DNA from: Rotaria socialis
Lineage: Eukaryota
Assembly (NCBI GenBank): GCA_905331295.1
Contig: CAJNYD010000100.1
Span: forward strand, 1-38,000
DNA length: 38,000 nt
Direction: 5' to 3'
Of this stretch, positions 36,839 to 38,000 are shown in pieces (positions within the stretch are counted from its first letter, which is position 1; each line of letters opens with the position of its first letter). The position numbers and the translations under genes were made by a program. The notes beneath the pieces were generated by a model. The model saw only the letters and a list, made by a program, of their open reading frames with translations, ran no database searches and had not been told where the DNA came from.

Positions 36839-36944
36839 TGGATTCTATGGATTCTGGTGGATTCTATGGACCCTGGTGGAATCTACGGCTCCTGGTGGAT
36901 TCTAGAATCCATCAGAAGCCACCACGAGCCGCTTTTCCCCCTTG
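36839..36944. mobile_element. Truncated P-like MITE right end with TGGATTCT(A/GG) tandem repeats
   Basis: About six 9-10-bp TGGATTCT-type units, ending in TTTTCCCCCTTG, the same terminal sequence as the 19199-19529 element. No matching left end or TSD found. Confidence 0.55.
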
Positions 36945-37109
36945 GCAGTGAAAGTAATGAAAAAATAGAGGGTTCAATAAAACAAAATGGAACAAAAAAT
37001 TGCATGATACTTTAAGATGAACATCAGAATCAGTATTAGTTACGAATGTATTGACTTTTGTTTTCATACGGATTAAATCGCATCGAACACGATCAAGTAA
37101 AGTTTTTAT

Positions 37110-37616
37110 TTAATCTTGTGGTTCAAATATTGGTTTCATTATATTCTCATGTACTTGTCTAACATAAAGCGAGTGTTCTAGTTGAATTTCGCATGTGACT
37201 GGTCCACAAACACTAATTACACGATATGGTCCTTCAAATATTGCTTGCATTTTATCATACCATACAGCCGGTTTGGCCAGTATTAATTGTCCTACATTAA
37301 AATGAATATTTTGTCGATGTTCGCCATAACATTGTTAACTTAATTGTTGTTGTTGCTGTTGTCGGATGTTCGTCCGGACTTGGTCGATAATATGCGAACG
37401 ATATTTACGAAACTGATAATAGTAGTCATTTGATCTTTTAAATCAAATCATAGGTTGACTGGTAGAATATGGTAACGTAATTTCTTTTCCAAAGATTAGT
37501 TGATATGCTGAATATTTGATAGCTCGATATTGACCAATATTGTATGCATAACTAGTTGATAATAAAAATTGACCACAATTGTTTTGATTCAAGCCTTGTA
37601 ATTTACATAATTGTGA
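37110..37616 (-). mobile_element. Ty3/Gypsy LTR-retrotransposon integrase C-terminal relic
   Basis: Minus-strand translation SQLCKLQGLNQNNCGQFLLSTSYAYNIGQYRAIKYSAYQLIFGKEITLP (cf. NWDxxLxxxxFAYNxxxHxTTxYSPxxLxFGR) and FNVGQLILAK..KMQAIFEGPYRVISVCGPVTCEI..QVHENIMKP (GPY/F domain), with stops and a frameshift. Confidence 0.88.
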
Positions 37617-37624
37617 CTTAATCG

Positions 37625-37740
37625 CAAGGGGGAAATGGCAGACTTTTGTACTTGAAGTACTTTATGGTACTTTAAACTACTTTAAGCCACTTTAAACTAC
37701 CTCAAGTACTTTCAATACTTCAACGTGCTTAAACGCTTAA
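37625..37740. mobile_element. Possible P-like MITE left end with TACTTTAA-type tandem repeats
   Basis: Begins CAAGGGGGAAA, identical to the first 11 bp of the 19199 TIR, followed by repeated TACTTTAAAC/GTACTT units. Confidence 0.45.
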
Positions 37741-38000
37741 AATTTTTCAATATAACTGTAAGCACATAATGTGGATAATAGCTAAAAATTATTTTGTTTT
37801 TGACAATCACTGGGAATCAAGTGATTGCTTGCCGAAATACACGCTAAATAAAAATGCGTCGGCTGTATGTGTCGTGAAATTTTGTGTTGTGCTCTCCATT
37901 ACAAAAATGTGTCGTAAATTTTTGTGTCGCACTTTGAATGAAAAAAATGTGTCGTATATTTTTCGCGTTCTGTCAGTCGACTAGTCGTTCACCGTTTTGT

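Noticed and set aside
36839..36920. Short tandem repeats as a CRISPR array
   Set aside because: Units are 9-10 bp with no unique spacers, the context is eukaryotic, and there are no cas genes.

Overview
AT-rich eukaryotic genomic DNA with short GT-AG introns (many about 50-65 nt). The intron style, gene families, TGTGGG motifs and a fungal/bacterial-type glutaminase suggest a bdelloid rotifer; this is inference and was not verified. Manual splicing gives, left to right: MRPS18B; a 7-exon LRRC14/PRAME-like LRR gene whose first intron holds a complete, intronless, same-strand PLP-dependent class V C-S lyase gene (Egt2/L-cysteine desulfhydrase-like); a full-length M13/neprilysin-like protein lacking HExxH; a decayed eIF4A3 pseudogene; two uncharacterised low-complexity/coiled-coil genes; a Ctr/SLC31 copper transporter; a ubiquitin-like-domain gene broken by a nonsense codon and a MITE; a TMEM272-like fragment; a WSB (WD40+SOCS box) gene on the minus strand; and exon 1 of a divergent GtaA-type glutaminase, with a Ty3/Gypsy integrase relic downstream. 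Several non-autonomous DNA transposons have readable TIRs and TSDs (hAT-like, P-like, and three CCC-ended CMC/EnSpm-like). The most notable structure is the nested lyase, whose poly(A) signals abut the host gene's splice acceptor. All family calls come from recalled motifs; no database searches were run.
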